From: a bacterium
GTDB taxonomy: Bacteria; Patescibacteriota; Microgenomatia; Curtissbacterales; GWA2-41-24
Reading direction: 5' to 3'
DNA length: 64,000 bases
NCBI GenBank assembly: GCA_021813945.1
Contig: JAKAJD010000001.1
Coordinates: 432,412 to 496,411, forward strand
This document shows, in pieces, positions 47,653-57,105 of this stretch (position 1 is the stretch's first letter; each line of letters begins with the position of its first letter). Both the position numbers and the translations under genes were made by a program. Below the pieces are notes generated by a model. That model was not told the DNA's origin and made no database searches. It worked only from the letters and a program-made list of their open reading frames with translations.

Positions 47653-47845
47653 GTAAGCCTCGCCTTCTTTGTAAATTAGCTCGCACAAAATTTGTGAACC
47701 TCTGAGTCATCCCTTCAAGCTCTCCCTCCGGCAAGGGTGGTGGAGCTTCACCGAAGTTCACTTTAGGGCTTTTATTCTCTTCCCCGCTTGATTTTGTATC
47801 ATCCATATGTGCAAATTTTAAACCTATACCGAAAATAAATCAAAG

Positions 47846-48295
47846 CTATTCGGATCCCCAATTCCTGCCGGTTTCGGCACTTCCCTTTGAAACCGCAGCT
47901 TTTACATCCGCCCCGGCACCAATCGGTCCTTTCCTAAGCTCATATAGCCTTGCCAGCTGGTTTGCTTGTTTTTGCTCTTCGTCGCGTTTTTTCTCTTCTT
48001 CCTCTTTTCTCTTTTGGGCCCTGTATTCGTCGTAAATTGCCTGAATTTTTTGCCTTAACTTCAAATATTCTTCCTCACTGAATTCGTCATCGTCCTTCTT
48101 GAGTGCTTTCAACTCCTCGTCCGACATGGGCTTTGAATAGCCAACACCTCTTCCCAAAATTTGGTTTAAAGCCGCCCTTCCCATTTTGATAAATTCGTTT
48201 CCAATAGGGTTATTGGAACTTGTCGGCATCTTGGAAACCGTCTCAAGATCAAGTTGGTTCAAATCGGAAGAAGGGCTTTTCCCCGAAGAATCCAT
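47846..48295 (-). CDS. Hypothetical highly charged coiled-coil protein downstream of an ECF sigma
   Basis: Length 149 aa with an EEEEKKRDEEQKQ helical stretch and no TM helix. Confidence 0.4.
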   Translation of the reverse strand: MDSSGKSPSSDLNQLDLETVSKMPTSSNNPIGNEFIKMGRAALNQILGRGVGYSKPMSDEELKALKKDDDEFSEEEYLKLRQKIQAIYDEYRAQKRKEEEEKKRDEEQKQANQLARLYELRKGPIGAGADVKAAVSKGSAETGRNWGSE

Positions 48296-48342
48296 AATTT
48301 AATTGTAGTATGGGTGAAGCTGAAAGGACAATGGAGGCAAAA

Positions 48343-48963
48343 TTAAGCTGCAGTCTGGTTACCCAACTCAACAGTATTTAGCGAATCTGGCCCCAATACC
48401 TGCTTCAATTTATCAATACCACGTTTTGCAAATACTTGTGAGGTGTTAACAGGTATTTTTAACGTCTGGGCTATTTCTTGATGGCTTCTTCCTTCTATGA
48501 ACCTCAAGTAGACAACAGGCTGGTGTTGAGTGGGCAATTCCCCAAACGCGCTCTCAAGATCTATAATTTCCTCTACTCTCTCAAGGTCAGCAAAAATGCT
48601 CCTATCTTCTAAGCCCCCGTGTGCTGCTATGATGTCTTTTCTTGAGCGCCAATAATCTACAGCTTCATTGTGAGCAATCCTGAAAAGCCAACCAGAAAAA
48701 GGCACACCTTCCCTTACTTCGAACTTGGGCAAACCGGAGAATGCCTTTAAAAAAGCTTGTGAAGTCACATCCTCAGCATCGTTTGGCCCAATTCGACATG
48801 TGACGTATTTTAAAACTCTCGGATGAAATTCGCTGTAAAGTCTACCAAATGATTCGCCACAACCACCCTGGGCCTTCCTTACCCAATCGTCGATTTCCAC
48901 CGTGGTAGGAAACGAGGTCCTTTCTTCCACCAAAAAACCGGCAACATCCGGTCTGCGTTCCAT
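48343..48963 (-). CDS. ECF-type sigma-70 family sigma factor
   Basis: Region 2 (FSGWLFRIAHNEAVDYWR) and region 4 (LEGRSHQEIAQTLKIPVNTSQVFAKRGIDKL). Confidence 0.75.
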   Translation of the reverse strand: MERRPDVAGFLVEERTSFPTTVEIDDWVRKAQGGCGESFGRLYSEFHPRVLKYVTCRIGPNDAEDVTSQAFLKAFSGLPKFEVREGVPFSGWLFRIAHNEAVDYWRSRKDIIAAHGGLEDRSIFADLERVEEIIDLESAFGELPTQHQPVVYLRFIEGRSHQEIAQTLKIPVNTSQVFAKRGIDKLKQVLGPDSLNTVELGNQTAA

Positions 48964-49015
48964 AATTGTGATTATATCTTAAATAGCTTCAAATTGTCAA
49001 CCTATAGTATGTAAA

Positions 49016-49612
49016 TTAGAAATCTTTTCTGCCTTCAAATGCCCGCCTTACCGTTACCTCGTCCGCGTATTCAAGCTCCGCACCAATTGGTATTCCGCGG
49101 GCGATGCGTGTAGTTTTAATCTTTAAAGGTCCAATTAAACGTTGAATATACATTGCCGTCGCCTCCCCTTCCATTGAGGGGTTTGTCGCTAAAATTACTT
49201 CCTTTACTTTTCCGTCTTTTAATCGAGGCAAAAGCTGGCGGATTCGAAGCTCTTCCGGCCCAATGTTCTCCAAGGGGGCAATAACACCGTGCAAGACGTG
49301 ATAAAAGCCCGAAAAGCTACCGCTTTTTTCAATTGCCCAAACATCCAAAGGATCCTCAACCACGCAGATAATAGATGGGTCTCGATCAGGATCAGAACAA
49401 ACATCGCACGGGTCGCTTTCCGTAATATTTTGGCAAGTAGAGCAAATTTTCGTCCTCGCCTTAAGTTCGCTAACCGATTGGGAAAGTTTTTCCGAAAGCG
49501 AATCCGGCGCGTGCAAAAGATAATATGTGAGCCTTGCCGCCGTTTTTGGCCCAATCCCCGGCAAAGCCTCAAACGCATCGATCAAATTGGCAACAGCCTT
49601 TGGAACTTTCAT
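49016..49612 (-). CDS. recR: Recombination protein RecR
   Basis: HhH LPGIGPKTAARL. C4 zinc finger CSTCQN...CDVC. Toprim segment. Confidence 0.9.
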   Translation of the reverse strand: MKVPKAVANLIDAFEALPGIGPKTAARLTYYLLHAPDSLSEKLSQSVSELKARTKICSTCQNITESDPCDVCSDPDRDPSIICVVEDPLDVWAIEKSGSFSGFYHVLHGVIAPLENIGPEELRIRQLLPRLKDGKVKEVILATNPSMEGEATAMYIQRLIGPLKIKTTRIARGIPIGAELEYADEVTVRRAFEGRKDF

Positions 49613-50151
49613 AAATTCGCAACTTCCTTTGCAAGTAAAATAGCGCTAACCGTTAGACCATCTGTTATTTCCTGAGATTTTATCATTTTCAAAACGTTCT
49701 CCAGGCTTACACTTTTAACATCAGAAATTTCTTCATCTTTGGATAGAACCGAGGTCAATCCTCTAGCAATATAAATCTTTGCTTCTTCGTCTATCAGTCC
49801 AATCGATAGCCGTAGCGATCCTAATAACCTTATGGTTTTACACTTAACACCTGCTTCCTCGGCCAATTCTCTTCTTGCCGCTTCCAGTGAAGACTCATTT
49901 CGTTCAACAAACCCTCTAGGTATTTCCCAAGAATCTTCTCTGAAGATATATCTATACTGCTTACAAAGCAAAATATTTGATTTATCGTCGATGGCGACAA
50001 CACCAACAGTTCCTGGAACTTTAACAAAACCATAAATTCCTTTCGACCCATCCGGTTTAGTAACTTGGTCTTCTACAACTTCTATAAACTGATTACTATA
50101 AACTTTTCTAGAAGATAAGGTGCTCCATTTACCGTTGTTCTTCATGATCAA
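49609..50151 (-). CDS. NUDIX hydrolase
   Basis: Nudix box GFVERNESSLEAARRELAEEAGV. Confidence 0.75.
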   Translation of the reverse strand: MIMKNNGKWSTLSSRKVYSNQFIEVVEDQVTKPDGSKGIYGFVKVPGTVGVVAIDDKSNILLCKQYRYIFREDSWEIPRGFVERNESSLEAARRELAEEAGVKCKTIRLLGSLRLSIGLIDEEAKIYIARGLTSVLSKDEEISDVKSVSLENVLKMIKSQEITDGLTVSAILLAKEVANL

Positions 50152-50618
50152 ACTAGCTTATAAGGTGTCTCGTCCTCTTCAAGACCTGGAGCAGTTGCCG
50201 AAACAAAAAGTATTGCGTCCTTAGTTTCAGCTCTGACAGCGTGGGCTAGCCCAACATGTATATAGATCATTTCGTGATCGCGAGCATCCATTTCAACTGT
50301 TTCTTTCGTTTTCGTTTTTATATCTTCCAGAAAAATGCTGAATTTGCCCGAAAGTGGCGTAAACAGTTCCTGCTTTATCTTGTGATAGTGGTTACCCGCA
50401 ACAGCTTTAGATTTTTTAAAAATAACAGTGTAAGAATACCTATTATCAAATCCCGAAACATAGGGTTTCCTTCTGTCCCACAAAACCTCAAGAATCCTAC
50501 CTGGCTTATCCTTGCGATCTCTTGGATTGAGCTTATAAATGGTCGCTAGCTTTGTTTTCCTTTGTGATTTTGGGATGGAATACTGATCTATCTCATTTGC
50601 CCCAAACGTCAAATCCAT
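50148..50618 (-). CDS. Cupin-fold protein (sugar epimerase/ketoisomerase-like)
   Basis: Length 156 aa with beta-barrel motif spacing (GNHYHK...IYIHVGLAHAV). Confidence 0.4.
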   Translation of the reverse strand: MDLTFGANEIDQYSIPKSQRKTKLATIYKLNPRDRKDKPGRILEVLWDRRKPYVSGFDNRYSYTVIFKKSKAVAGNHYHKIKQELFTPLSGKFSIFLEDIKTKTKETVEMDARDHEMIYIHVGLAHAVRAETKDAILFVSATAPGLEEDETPYKLV

Positions 50619-50646
50619 ATGTGGGTATTATACTTAAAAAAGAAGC

Positions 50647-50934
50647 TTACTGTCCGCCGAGCATTCCTTTGAGGCCTTCAAAACCGCCCATTTGCTGCAT
50701 TTTCTTGGCAGCTTCCTTTTGGCTTTCTTTAACAGCCTCGTTTACCGCCTCAACAATATCTTCGTTGCTTTTGCCGTCACCTTCAATCGAAATAAATCTT
50801 TGAGCCAAAGTCACCTTAACTTTAACCCCATGTTTTTCAACTTCGACAATTTCCGCATCCAAAGCCTTTTGAATGGCCATCGCCTCATCACGCATTTTCT
50901 TAAGCTCTTTTAGCTGCTGCAACTTATCAAACAT
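50647..50934 (-). CDS. ybaB: YbaB/EbfC nucleoid-associated protein
   Basis: Length 95 aa with an N-terminal LQQLKELKKMRDEAMAIQKAL helix typical of YbaB. Confidence 0.8.
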   Translation of the reverse strand: MFDKLQQLKELKKMRDEAMAIQKALDAEIVEVEKHGVKVKVTLAQRFISIEGDGKSNEDIVEAVNEAVKESQKEAAKKMQQMGGFEGLKGMLGGQ

Positions 50935-51011
50935 TAACCTAAATACTATCTTTTTGAGCTTATATTGTCAATTTGTTGCAACAAAAAAGCATCTGAATTA
51001 GAATAAGCTCG

Positions 51012-51365
51012 ATGAAAACTACAATCAGTGCAATCCACTATAATAAAAATCCAAAAACCAAGGTATATACACTTGAAAAAGTTAAGAAACTTGCCAAATT
51101 TCACCCAAAAATTCAAGAAGCCCACGTTCGGCTCTTTTCCGAAAAAGCCCATAGAGGCGAAGAGCACGACTTTTACTGTGAAATAGAAATCGCAGTTCCG
51201 GGCAGAATCATAACTATTATTGATACTGAGCGGGAAATTGACAAAGCTATTGATAAAGCCGTTGAGCGCATGCGAAGAACCTTAACAAAACACAAGGAAA
51301 AAGATATCACCAAAAAGCACCGAGAAGGTCTAAAAACCAAAAGAAGCGCAAGGAGACTTTCCTAA
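51012..51365 (+). CDS. hpf: Ribosome hibernation-promoting factor (HPF/YfiA/RaiA family, short form)
   Basis: Length 117 aa, with beta-alpha-beta-beta-beta-alpha pattern motifs (HVRL...YCEIEIAVPG). Confidence 0.7.
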   Translation: MKTTISAIHYNKNPKTKVYTLEKVKKLAKFHPKIQEAHVRLFSEKAHRGEEHDFYCEIEIAVPGRIITIIDTEREIDKAIDKAVERMRRTLTKHKEKDITKKHREGLKTKRSARRLS

Positions 51366-51796
51366 AAATCGACCGATTTTGTTTTTGTAATCGTGGATTT
51401 CGCTCGATACTTTTCGTAAGGCTTTAGCCTATAAATTTCAACGTTTTCAAGTCCCACCCTTTTAAGTTCAGCCCTCAAATCACCTTCTTTTGCCCATTGG
51501 TCGTAACCTAAACACAAAACGTCAGGTTCTACAGATTTAATATGGTGCATGAAATCATCCTCTTCTCCTAAAACTGCTTTATCTACTAGGCTGCAGTTAG
51601 AAACCAAGTCTAATCTTTCGTCCTGGTTGAATAGTGGTTTTTTACCCTTAATTTTCTCAACGTTTCTATCGGTCCCAACCGAAACGACCAAAACATCGCC
51701 GAAAGCCTTTGCCTGCTTAAAATAATCCAAGTGGCCTGGGTGAAGACCGTCAAACGCCCCAAAAGCCATTACCTTCTTCATTAGGTAAATTGTCAA
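51362..51796 (-). CDS. Cytidylyltransferase-like nucleotidyltransferase (RibL/TagD/CoaD superfamily)
   Basis: FGAFDGLHPGHL (HxGH) motif. Length 144 aa. Confidence 0.65.
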   Translation of the reverse strand: MTIYLMKKVMAFGAFDGLHPGHLDYFKQAKAFGDVLVVSVGTDRNVEKIKGKKPLFNQDERLDLVSNCSLVDKAVLGEEDDFMHHIKSVEPDVLCLGYDQWAKEGDLRAELKRVGLENVEIYRLKPYEKYRAKSTITKTKSVDF

Positions 51797-51818
51797 TTGT
51801 TAGAGGTTGATTGTCAAA

Positions 51819-52373
51819 TCAGAAGCTTCCTTCAAGAATATGAGTTTCCGGAGTTTTAAATTCCTTAGTTATTTTTTCCGTAATCCAGATTCTATTGAGA
51901 GTTGAATATTTATCTTTGTCGTTAAAGTTTAATGACCAACTCGTTCCAGACCCGCTCATAAAATCCAAAAAAACGGGCCCACCGGAGCCAACTAAAAAGA
52001 CAGCATAAGAATCACCGTGAGGGTTGGGCAAAGTTGCGTTTACAGTTAAGTTATAGCTGCCGTCACCATAAGTTCTGGTCGCAGTTGCACTACCAGAAAT
52101 CCCTGACTTAACCGGTCCAAGGTTTGCAGTCTGCGATGACAAATTGACTCCCCCGGCATTGCTCACGCCCGATACCGAAACCGGTGTTAAGCCGTGCGGC
52201 GCGTCCGAAAGTCCGGCTGAAGAACCACCTATAAAACTACCGGAAGTTAACTTCTGCTTAACAATAAAAAGCAGGCCGATTACTAAAATTACAACTATTG
52301 CAGCCTTAATAATCGGCGTCTTACTAGACCCGCTAGGCTTTGTCCATCCACTCTGTCCAGATAAATCTCTCAC
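51819..52373 (-). CDS. Secreted hypothetical protein with a signal anchor
   Basis: N-terminal TM/signal (IIKAAIVVILVIGLLFIV). Ser/Gly-rich. Confidence 0.4.
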   Translation of the reverse strand: MRDLSGQSGWTKPSGSSKTPIIKAAIVVILVIGLLFIVKQKLTSGSFIGGSSAGLSDAPHGLTPVSVSGVSNAGGVNLSSQTANLGPVKSGISGSATATRTYGDGSYNLTVNATLPNPHGDSYAVFLVGSGGPVFLDFMSGSGTSWSLNFNDKDKYSTLNRIWITEKITKEFKTPETHILEGSF

Positions 52374-52420
52374 CTTGAATTAAATTTAAGCTTAACATTT
52401 TTGGGCGTAATTTGCACCAT

Positions 52421-52969
52421 TTATTTGAAAGCGATATGCCAAGAATGCGGCATGAACATAATTTTTTTGGTTTTTTGTCGTTTCGTCCTGGAAAAGCGCC
52501 TATTTTCCAAAACTATGGCATAAACTACAGGAGTCAAAAGTATAAATGGAAAAATCAGCCAATTTCTTAAATCGGAAAAGTATAACCCGAAATTAAAATA
52601 ATATAGCCCTGCAATTTCCAAACCATTAAGTACCATGATTGTCACAAACCAAATTACGGCGACTCCGAGCCCTATAGCAAAAAGCCGATCCTTAGAACTT
52701 ATTATTTGACCGTCAGCCAGAATTCTAATAGCTTTAACCTGCCGGAAATATAAAAACGTTGCCGCAAGAACTATTACCGGCAAAGTTAAATAAAACCACG
52801 GCAAAATTACAAACCCGCCAAGAACAAAACCCAAAATCCAAATAACTACCGAATACAACGCAATACGCCAATCAATGTAACCCATGCTTTTCATAATATG
52901 TTTTTTGAAGGGAAAAACTTTAGAAGAGGCTTTTTTTGTTTTCCCGCCATGAAAATACGACTTTTTCAA
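52421..52969 (-). CDS. Hypothetical membrane protein (4-5 TM helices)
   Basis: Hydrophobic helices throughout. Length 182 aa. Confidence 0.4.
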   Translation of the reverse strand: MKKSYFHGGKTKKASSKVFPFKKHIMKSMGYIDWRIALYSVVIWILGFVLGGFVILPWFYLTLPVIVLAATFLYFRQVKAIRILADGQIISSKDRLFAIGLGVAVIWFVTIMVLNGLEIAGLYYFNFGLYFSDLRNWLIFPFILLTPVVYAIVLENRRFSRTKRQKTKKIMFMPHSWHIAFK

Positions 52970-52999
52970 AATCGTGTCAAGCAGGGAAAAAGGGCTAAA

Positions 53000-53311
53000 T
53001 CAGTTAGAAGAATTTGTTAACCCGTTTTGGATTTGACCGCTTCCCTCATCAATGTTGTTCAAATTGGTATTATTTAAATCCTTTTCAATTGAATTGACAT
53101 CGTCCGATTGGCTCTGCTGACCAAGACTTTGAACCTGTGAATCTTTTGTAATTGTCGGCCCTTTACTGCCAACAGTCACTCTGACTCCCTCATCGTAAAC
53201 AAAAAACACCAAAATCAAAACTGCAACAGAAGCAGCCAAAAGTAAAAGTAAGGTTTTTAGATTTCCTTTGGGATCTTTACTTGCCACTTTCACTCCCTTC
53301 CTTAAGACCAC
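53000..53311 (-). CDS. Small membrane-anchored hypothetical protein
   Basis: Length 103 aa with a single TM helix (LLLLLAASVAVLILVFFVY). Confidence 0.35.
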   Translation of the reverse strand: MVLRKGVKVASKDPKGNLKTLLLLLAASVAVLILVFFVYDEGVRVTVGSKGPTITKDSQVQSLGQQSQSDDVNSIEKDLNNTNLNNIDEGSGQIQNGLTNSSN

Positions 53312-53870
53312 TTGCGCTCTTCAAATCCCGTACAACCAAAACTAAGGCTTTTTGGTAACTCTTAAGAGAATCTTTCGCTGCTTTAACCGATGCTAGTGCA
53401 GCATGGACTGCATCTTTCACAGAAGAGGATGGATCAATTGCTGCAACATCAGCCTTGGCCTTATCTATTGCGGCTTTTGCAGCTGCTCCGGAATTTTCCG
53501 CAGAAAGAAGTGCAGCTTTTGCAGCCGATGTATCAACACCCTTTGCAGTTAACTTGTCTATTCGCGTTGCCATTCTATTTGAAATTTTATCAAGCCGAAC
53601 CAGGGCCGCATCAAACCTTGATAAAATCCGCTCAAAAGCGGTCTTTATCGCTTCTACTGCTTTTGCCTTAAGGCCTGCAGCTGCACTACCCGCCTTATTA
53701 ATTTCTACATTTTCCCGAATGTCCTGCCTAAGTTCTTGTCTTCTTTCCTTTACCTCTTGAAGCGTTGTCTTAAAACCGGAATTTTGAAGCGAATTTTGGG
53801 CGTAAACAGGGGTAAGGGTTAAAACAAACAGAGGAAGTCCCAGGGCAATTGAAAGGGCAGACCTTTTCAT
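53277..53870 (-). CDS. Secreted Ala-rich alpha-helical protein (DUF5667-like composition)
   Basis: The track start is a TTG at 53918. The ATG at 53870 gives signal peptide MKRSALSIALGLPLFVLTLTPVYA. A candidate promoter TTGACG-N17-TAAGAT lies just upstream. Confidence 0.45.
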   Translation of the reverse strand: MKRSALSIALGLPLFVLTLTPVYAQNSLQNSGFKTTLQEVKERRQELRQDIRENVEINKAGSAAAGLKAKAVEAIKTAFERILSRFDAALVRLDKISNRMATRIDKLTAKGVDTSAAKAALLSAENSGAAAKAAIDKAKADVAAIDPSSSVKDAVHAALASVKAAKDSLKSYQKALVLVVRDLKSASGLKEGSESGK

Positions 53871-53921
53871 TGGTACATTTTTTATCTTAGCAGGCTCTAA
53901 AAAACCCGTCAAGACCAAGAT

Positions 53922-53971
53922 AAAGGCCAGGCCTTTGTCGGGAATCCCTCAAAGTTAAGGCCTCGCCTTAA
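53922..53971. repeat. Two copies of the dispersed palindrome (AAAGGCCAGGCCTTT and TTAAGGCCTCGCCTTAA). They lie about 10 nt upstream of a TTGACG -35 box
   Basis: Read directly from sequence. Confidence 0.6.
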
Positions 53972-53986
53972 CTGGGGTCAAAAAAC

Positions 53987-54394
53987 TTATCTCGGCGCAA
54001 TAGATACCGTAATCCCCGTCTTTTTACCGTCAACTGTAGTGTTTATGATGATAGAGCCTTGTTGCCTGGCATTATTTATGGAGTACTCAAAGCTTGTTGC
54101 GGAATTTTGACGAACGGAAAAATCCCAACCTAATTGCTTTAGCGACTCGTCAAAAAATTTCGTGACTTTGGTGATGTCGTCATTGGTTACAGAAGCTGAT
54201 CCAAAATATCCTTGATTACCATACGACTCCAGGACTTTAGAGTTTTTATAATAAGGAATTGCTGGAAAACCTGCAGCGTAAACTCCTTTTTTGAATTCAT
54301 CTTTTGAACTGCGCGGTTCAGAATTGCCTATCGTAGGAATACAAGCAGAAAGCAAGAATGAAAGGGCAATAATGGCAAAAAGCCGTATTTTCAT
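53987..54394 (-). CDS. Lipoprotein of unknown function
   Basis: Lipobox LLSAC after a signal peptide. Length 135 aa. It overlaps the dnaX stop by 4 nt. Confidence 0.5.
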   Translation of the reverse strand: MKIRLFAIIALSFLLSACIPTIGNSEPRSSKDEFKKGVYAAGFPAIPYYKNSKVLESYGNQGYFGSASVTNDDITKVTKFFDESLKQLGWDFSVRQNSATSFEYSINNARQQGSIIINTTVDGKKTGITVSIAPR

Positions 54395-55995
54395 TTGGAA
54401 AATATTTCCTGTGCTATAAGCTCCAATTCGTTTTCCCGAATATCCACAACATCGCTTGCAGAAACTACGCTTGTTGGCTTAGATTCTTTTTTTGCCAGAA
54501 CAAATTTAAATCCAATAGGCTTTTTCATAAGATCTCCCATGTTTTTGTCCAAAACGGAAAGTATTTTCGGCTCCTCCAGCTTTTCTTTATGGAACCGATA
54601 AAATACCTCAAGAGTTATTACTCTGCCGTCAAAATCAACAGGTTTGGTTGATCTTAAAAGTGCAACGACATGGGCGTTAACCCTCTTAACTCTATTTAAA
54701 AACTCTGACCAATTTTTCTCAATATCCCCATACGAAACTTTCCTTCTTGAGACTTTTTTGAAATCAGGCTTTTCGACAACTTTTTCCGGCTTTTTTTGCT
54801 CACTCCGATCTTTAACTAACTCGTCTTGATCTAGCCCGCCCTCATCATCTTCTAAAACTTCATTTTGTGGCGTAGAAACACCTAAATACTTACAAACAGC
54901 AAGCACCATCGGAATTTGAGGCAAAGGATAAAGCTTCATTTCATTTTCGGAAATGGCCAAACTTCTTATCAGCTCTTGCAGTCTGTCTGAATCAAATTTC
55001 TCTGAAAGTTCCCTGACCTTTTTAAGTTGACCTTCGTCGTAGTCCGAAAAGGTGTCCGCAGGGAGCCCTATTTGCAAAAAAAGCACTTTTTCCAAAAAAA
55101 TAATAACTTGCTTGGCAAAAAAGGGTACGTCCCCACCAGCCTCAGCTATCTCCTCGATTGTCGAAATTGCGCCTTTGATGTCAGAACTTGCCAATGAGTT
55201 TGCAAACTCAAAAAGTTGATTCCAGCCACTTAGGCGCGCCAAACGAAAAACATCAGCCGGGCTCACTTTTTTCCCCGAAGCGCCAAGCTGGTCCAAAAGA
55301 GAAACGGCATCTCTAAACGAGCCATCCGCAGCCGTTGCTATAGCCATAGTTGAATCCTCTTCAATTTTAATACCTTCATCTTTGGAAATTTTAATAAGCA
55401 TTTTGGAAATATCGGCATTCGTGGCCCTTTGAAAATTGAATCTTTGAAGTCTGGACACAATTGTTGCCGGCAACTTTCCGAGTTCCGTTGTGCACAAAAT
55501 GAAAATCACGTGTCTCGGTGGTTCTTCCAACGTTTTTAAAAGGGCATTAAAAGCTTCAGTTGTAAGCATGTGCGCTTCGTCTACAATGTAGACCTTAAAC
55601 TTTGCAGAAACGGGCGAAAGTTTAACCTTCTCGCGAAGGTCACGGATCTCGTCTATTCCCCGATTAGAGGCCGCATCGATTTCGATTAAATCAAGGCTAG
55701 TTCCGTTAGTTATAGAAAGGCACGAATTACACTTTCCACACGGCTCCCCGAATTTAGATTTTGGAGTTTGGATTTTGGAGTTTTTGTCGGATCCGTATTT
55801 TTCGCAATTAACTGCCTTTGCAAAAATCCTTGCTGTTGAAGTTTTTCCGGTTCCTCTTTGGCCCCAAAATAAATATCCATGCCCAATCTTCCCCGATTCA
55901 AGTTGAGCCAAAAGTGTCTCAGCAATTGGCCCTTGCCCCACCAAATCAGAAAATTTTTGCGGCCTGTATTTGCGGTAAAAAACTTCACTTCTCAT
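54391..55995 (-). CDS. dnaX: DNA polymerase III subunit gamma/tau
   Basis: N-terminal YRPQKFSDLVGQ. Walker A GQRGTGKTS. Zinc module C...CGKCNSC. Length 534 aa. Confidence 0.9.
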   Translation of the reverse strand: MRSEVFYRKYRPQKFSDLVGQGPIAETLLAQLESGKIGHGYLFWGQRGTGKTSTARIFAKAVNCEKYGSDKNSKIQTPKSKFGEPCGKCNSCLSITNGTSLDLIEIDAASNRGIDEIRDLREKVKLSPVSAKFKVYIVDEAHMLTTEAFNALLKTLEEPPRHVIFILCTTELGKLPATIVSRLQRFNFQRATNADISKMLIKISKDEGIKIEEDSTMAIATAADGSFRDAVSLLDQLGASGKKVSPADVFRLARLSGWNQLFEFANSLASSDIKGAISTIEEIAEAGGDVPFFAKQVIIFLEKVLFLQIGLPADTFSDYDEGQLKKVRELSEKFDSDRLQELIRSLAISENEMKLYPLPQIPMVLAVCKYLGVSTPQNEVLEDDEGGLDQDELVKDRSEQKKPEKVVEKPDFKKVSRRKVSYGDIEKNWSEFLNRVKRVNAHVVALLRSTKPVDFDGRVITLEVFYRFHKEKLEEPKILSVLDKNMGDLMKKPIGFKFVLAKKESKPTSVVSASDVVDIRENELELIAQEIFSK

Positions 55996-56005
55996 AAAAA
56001 CTCGT

Positions 56006-56407
56006 TTACTCGTGATGCTGCCCTAAAAGGTGTTCAACTCCATGGCAGACCAACTTATAAATTTCCTCATCAACCATAATATCATCAACGCTTGCCGCAT
56101 CAAGTACTTTCGGCCAGCACAAAACAATATCGCCCAGTCTTAAAACATCATCTGGGATACTTGCAAAACCGGAAGCAGGCGTTGAAGTAACTTCCTCAAG
56201 AGGAAACGAGAGTATTTCGTGCTCTTTTCCGTCCTTTAAATACTGATCGGTAAGGGTTTTCATCTTTCGACGACCAACAACGGCCACTGACACTTCAGAA
56301 GACAAACTATCAACCTTATGTTTTGTTAAAGTGTCCAAAACGGCTTTTCTCACCATTTTTCGATTGACAGGGAAACGAGCGTCAGAAAAAACTAAAGTCT
56401 TAACCAT
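56006..56407 (-). CDS. ybeY: rRNA maturation endoribonuclease YbeY
   Basis: C-terminal HGVEHLLGQHHE matches the YbeY H-x-x-x-H-x-x-G-x-x-H metal site. Length 133 aa. Confidence 0.75.
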   Translation of the reverse strand: MVKTLVFSDARFPVNRKMVRKAVLDTLTKHKVDSLSSEVSVAVVGRRKMKTLTDQYLKDGKEHEILSFPLEEVTSTPASGFASIPDDVLRLGDIVLCWPKVLDAASVDDIMVDEEIYKLVCHGVEHLLGQHHE

Positions 56408-56413
56408 AAAGTT

Positions 56414-56860
56414 CTAACCTAGTCGGGATTTTACAATAGCAGAAACGGCATTACCATCGGCTCGTCCTTTTACCTTTGCCATAACAGCACCCATAACGCG
56501 ACCCATGTCCGCTGGAGTCGAAGCGCCAACTGACTGGATAACCTCATCAACTATTTTCCCAAGCTCTTCTTCGCCCATCTGATCGGGCAAGTAGACAGAC
56601 AACACCGCAAGCTCCGCTTTTTCCTTTTCGACTAGGTCTTCCCTACCACCACGCTCGTAAGCTTCTATTGATTCTTTATGCTGTTTAGCGCTTTTGGAAA
56701 TTTGATCAAGAATTTCCTGGTCAGAAAGCTCGCCACCTTTGGCAATCTCGGCATTTTTGAAGGCAGCCGCTAGCATTCTCAGAGTAGAAACTTTTACTTC
56801 GTCTCTTGCTTTCTGGGCATCAACTAAATCGCGACTTATCTGATCAGCAACCTGGCTCAT
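56414..56860 (-). CDS. yqeY: GatB/YqeY domain protein
   Basis: Length 148 aa with the characteristic helical pattern (LVDAQKARDEVKVSTLRML...). Confidence 0.75.
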   Translation of the reverse strand: MSQVADQISRDLVDAQKARDEVKVSTLRMLAAAFKNAEIAKGGELSDQEILDQISKSAKQHKESIEAYERGGREDLVEKEKAELAVLSVYLPDQMGEEELGKIVDEVIQSVGASTPADMGRVMGAVMAKVKGRADGNAVSAIVKSRLG

Positions 56861-56898
56861 ATAGTTTTGACTTTTGCCTTTTGATTTTTGATTTTTCT

Positions 56899-57087
56899 TT
56901 AATACTTGCTCCTAATGTACTTTTTCCTGGCCATTTGGATCTTCTGCTGCTTTCTTAAAGATGGCTTAAGATAGTGCTCGCGCTTTTTGATTTCTGTCAA
57001 AATCCCCTCTGCTTGAACTTTTTTGTTGAATTTGCGAATCAGAGCGTCAGCCGATTCTCCAGGCTGTGCAATCACTTTAGTCGACAT
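56899..57087 (-). CDS. rpsU: 30S ribosomal protein S21
   Basis: Length 62 aa with the basic RKQQKIQMARKKYIRSKY tail. Confidence 0.85.
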   Translation of the reverse strand: MSTKVIAQPGESADALIRKFNKKVQAEGILTEIKKREHYLKPSLRKQQKIQMARKKYIRSKY

Positions 57088-57105
57088 TAAAAAACACCAC
57101 CTTTC

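Noticed and set aside
47603-47806. Calling the 67-aa ORF upstream of the Doc toxin a bona fide Phd-type antitoxin
   Set aside because: Its position fits, but the translation is disordered and acidic with no RHH, AbrB or YefM-like N-terminal DNA-binding segment. It overlaps the toxin start by 14-50 nt depending on start choice. I report it only as a possibility.
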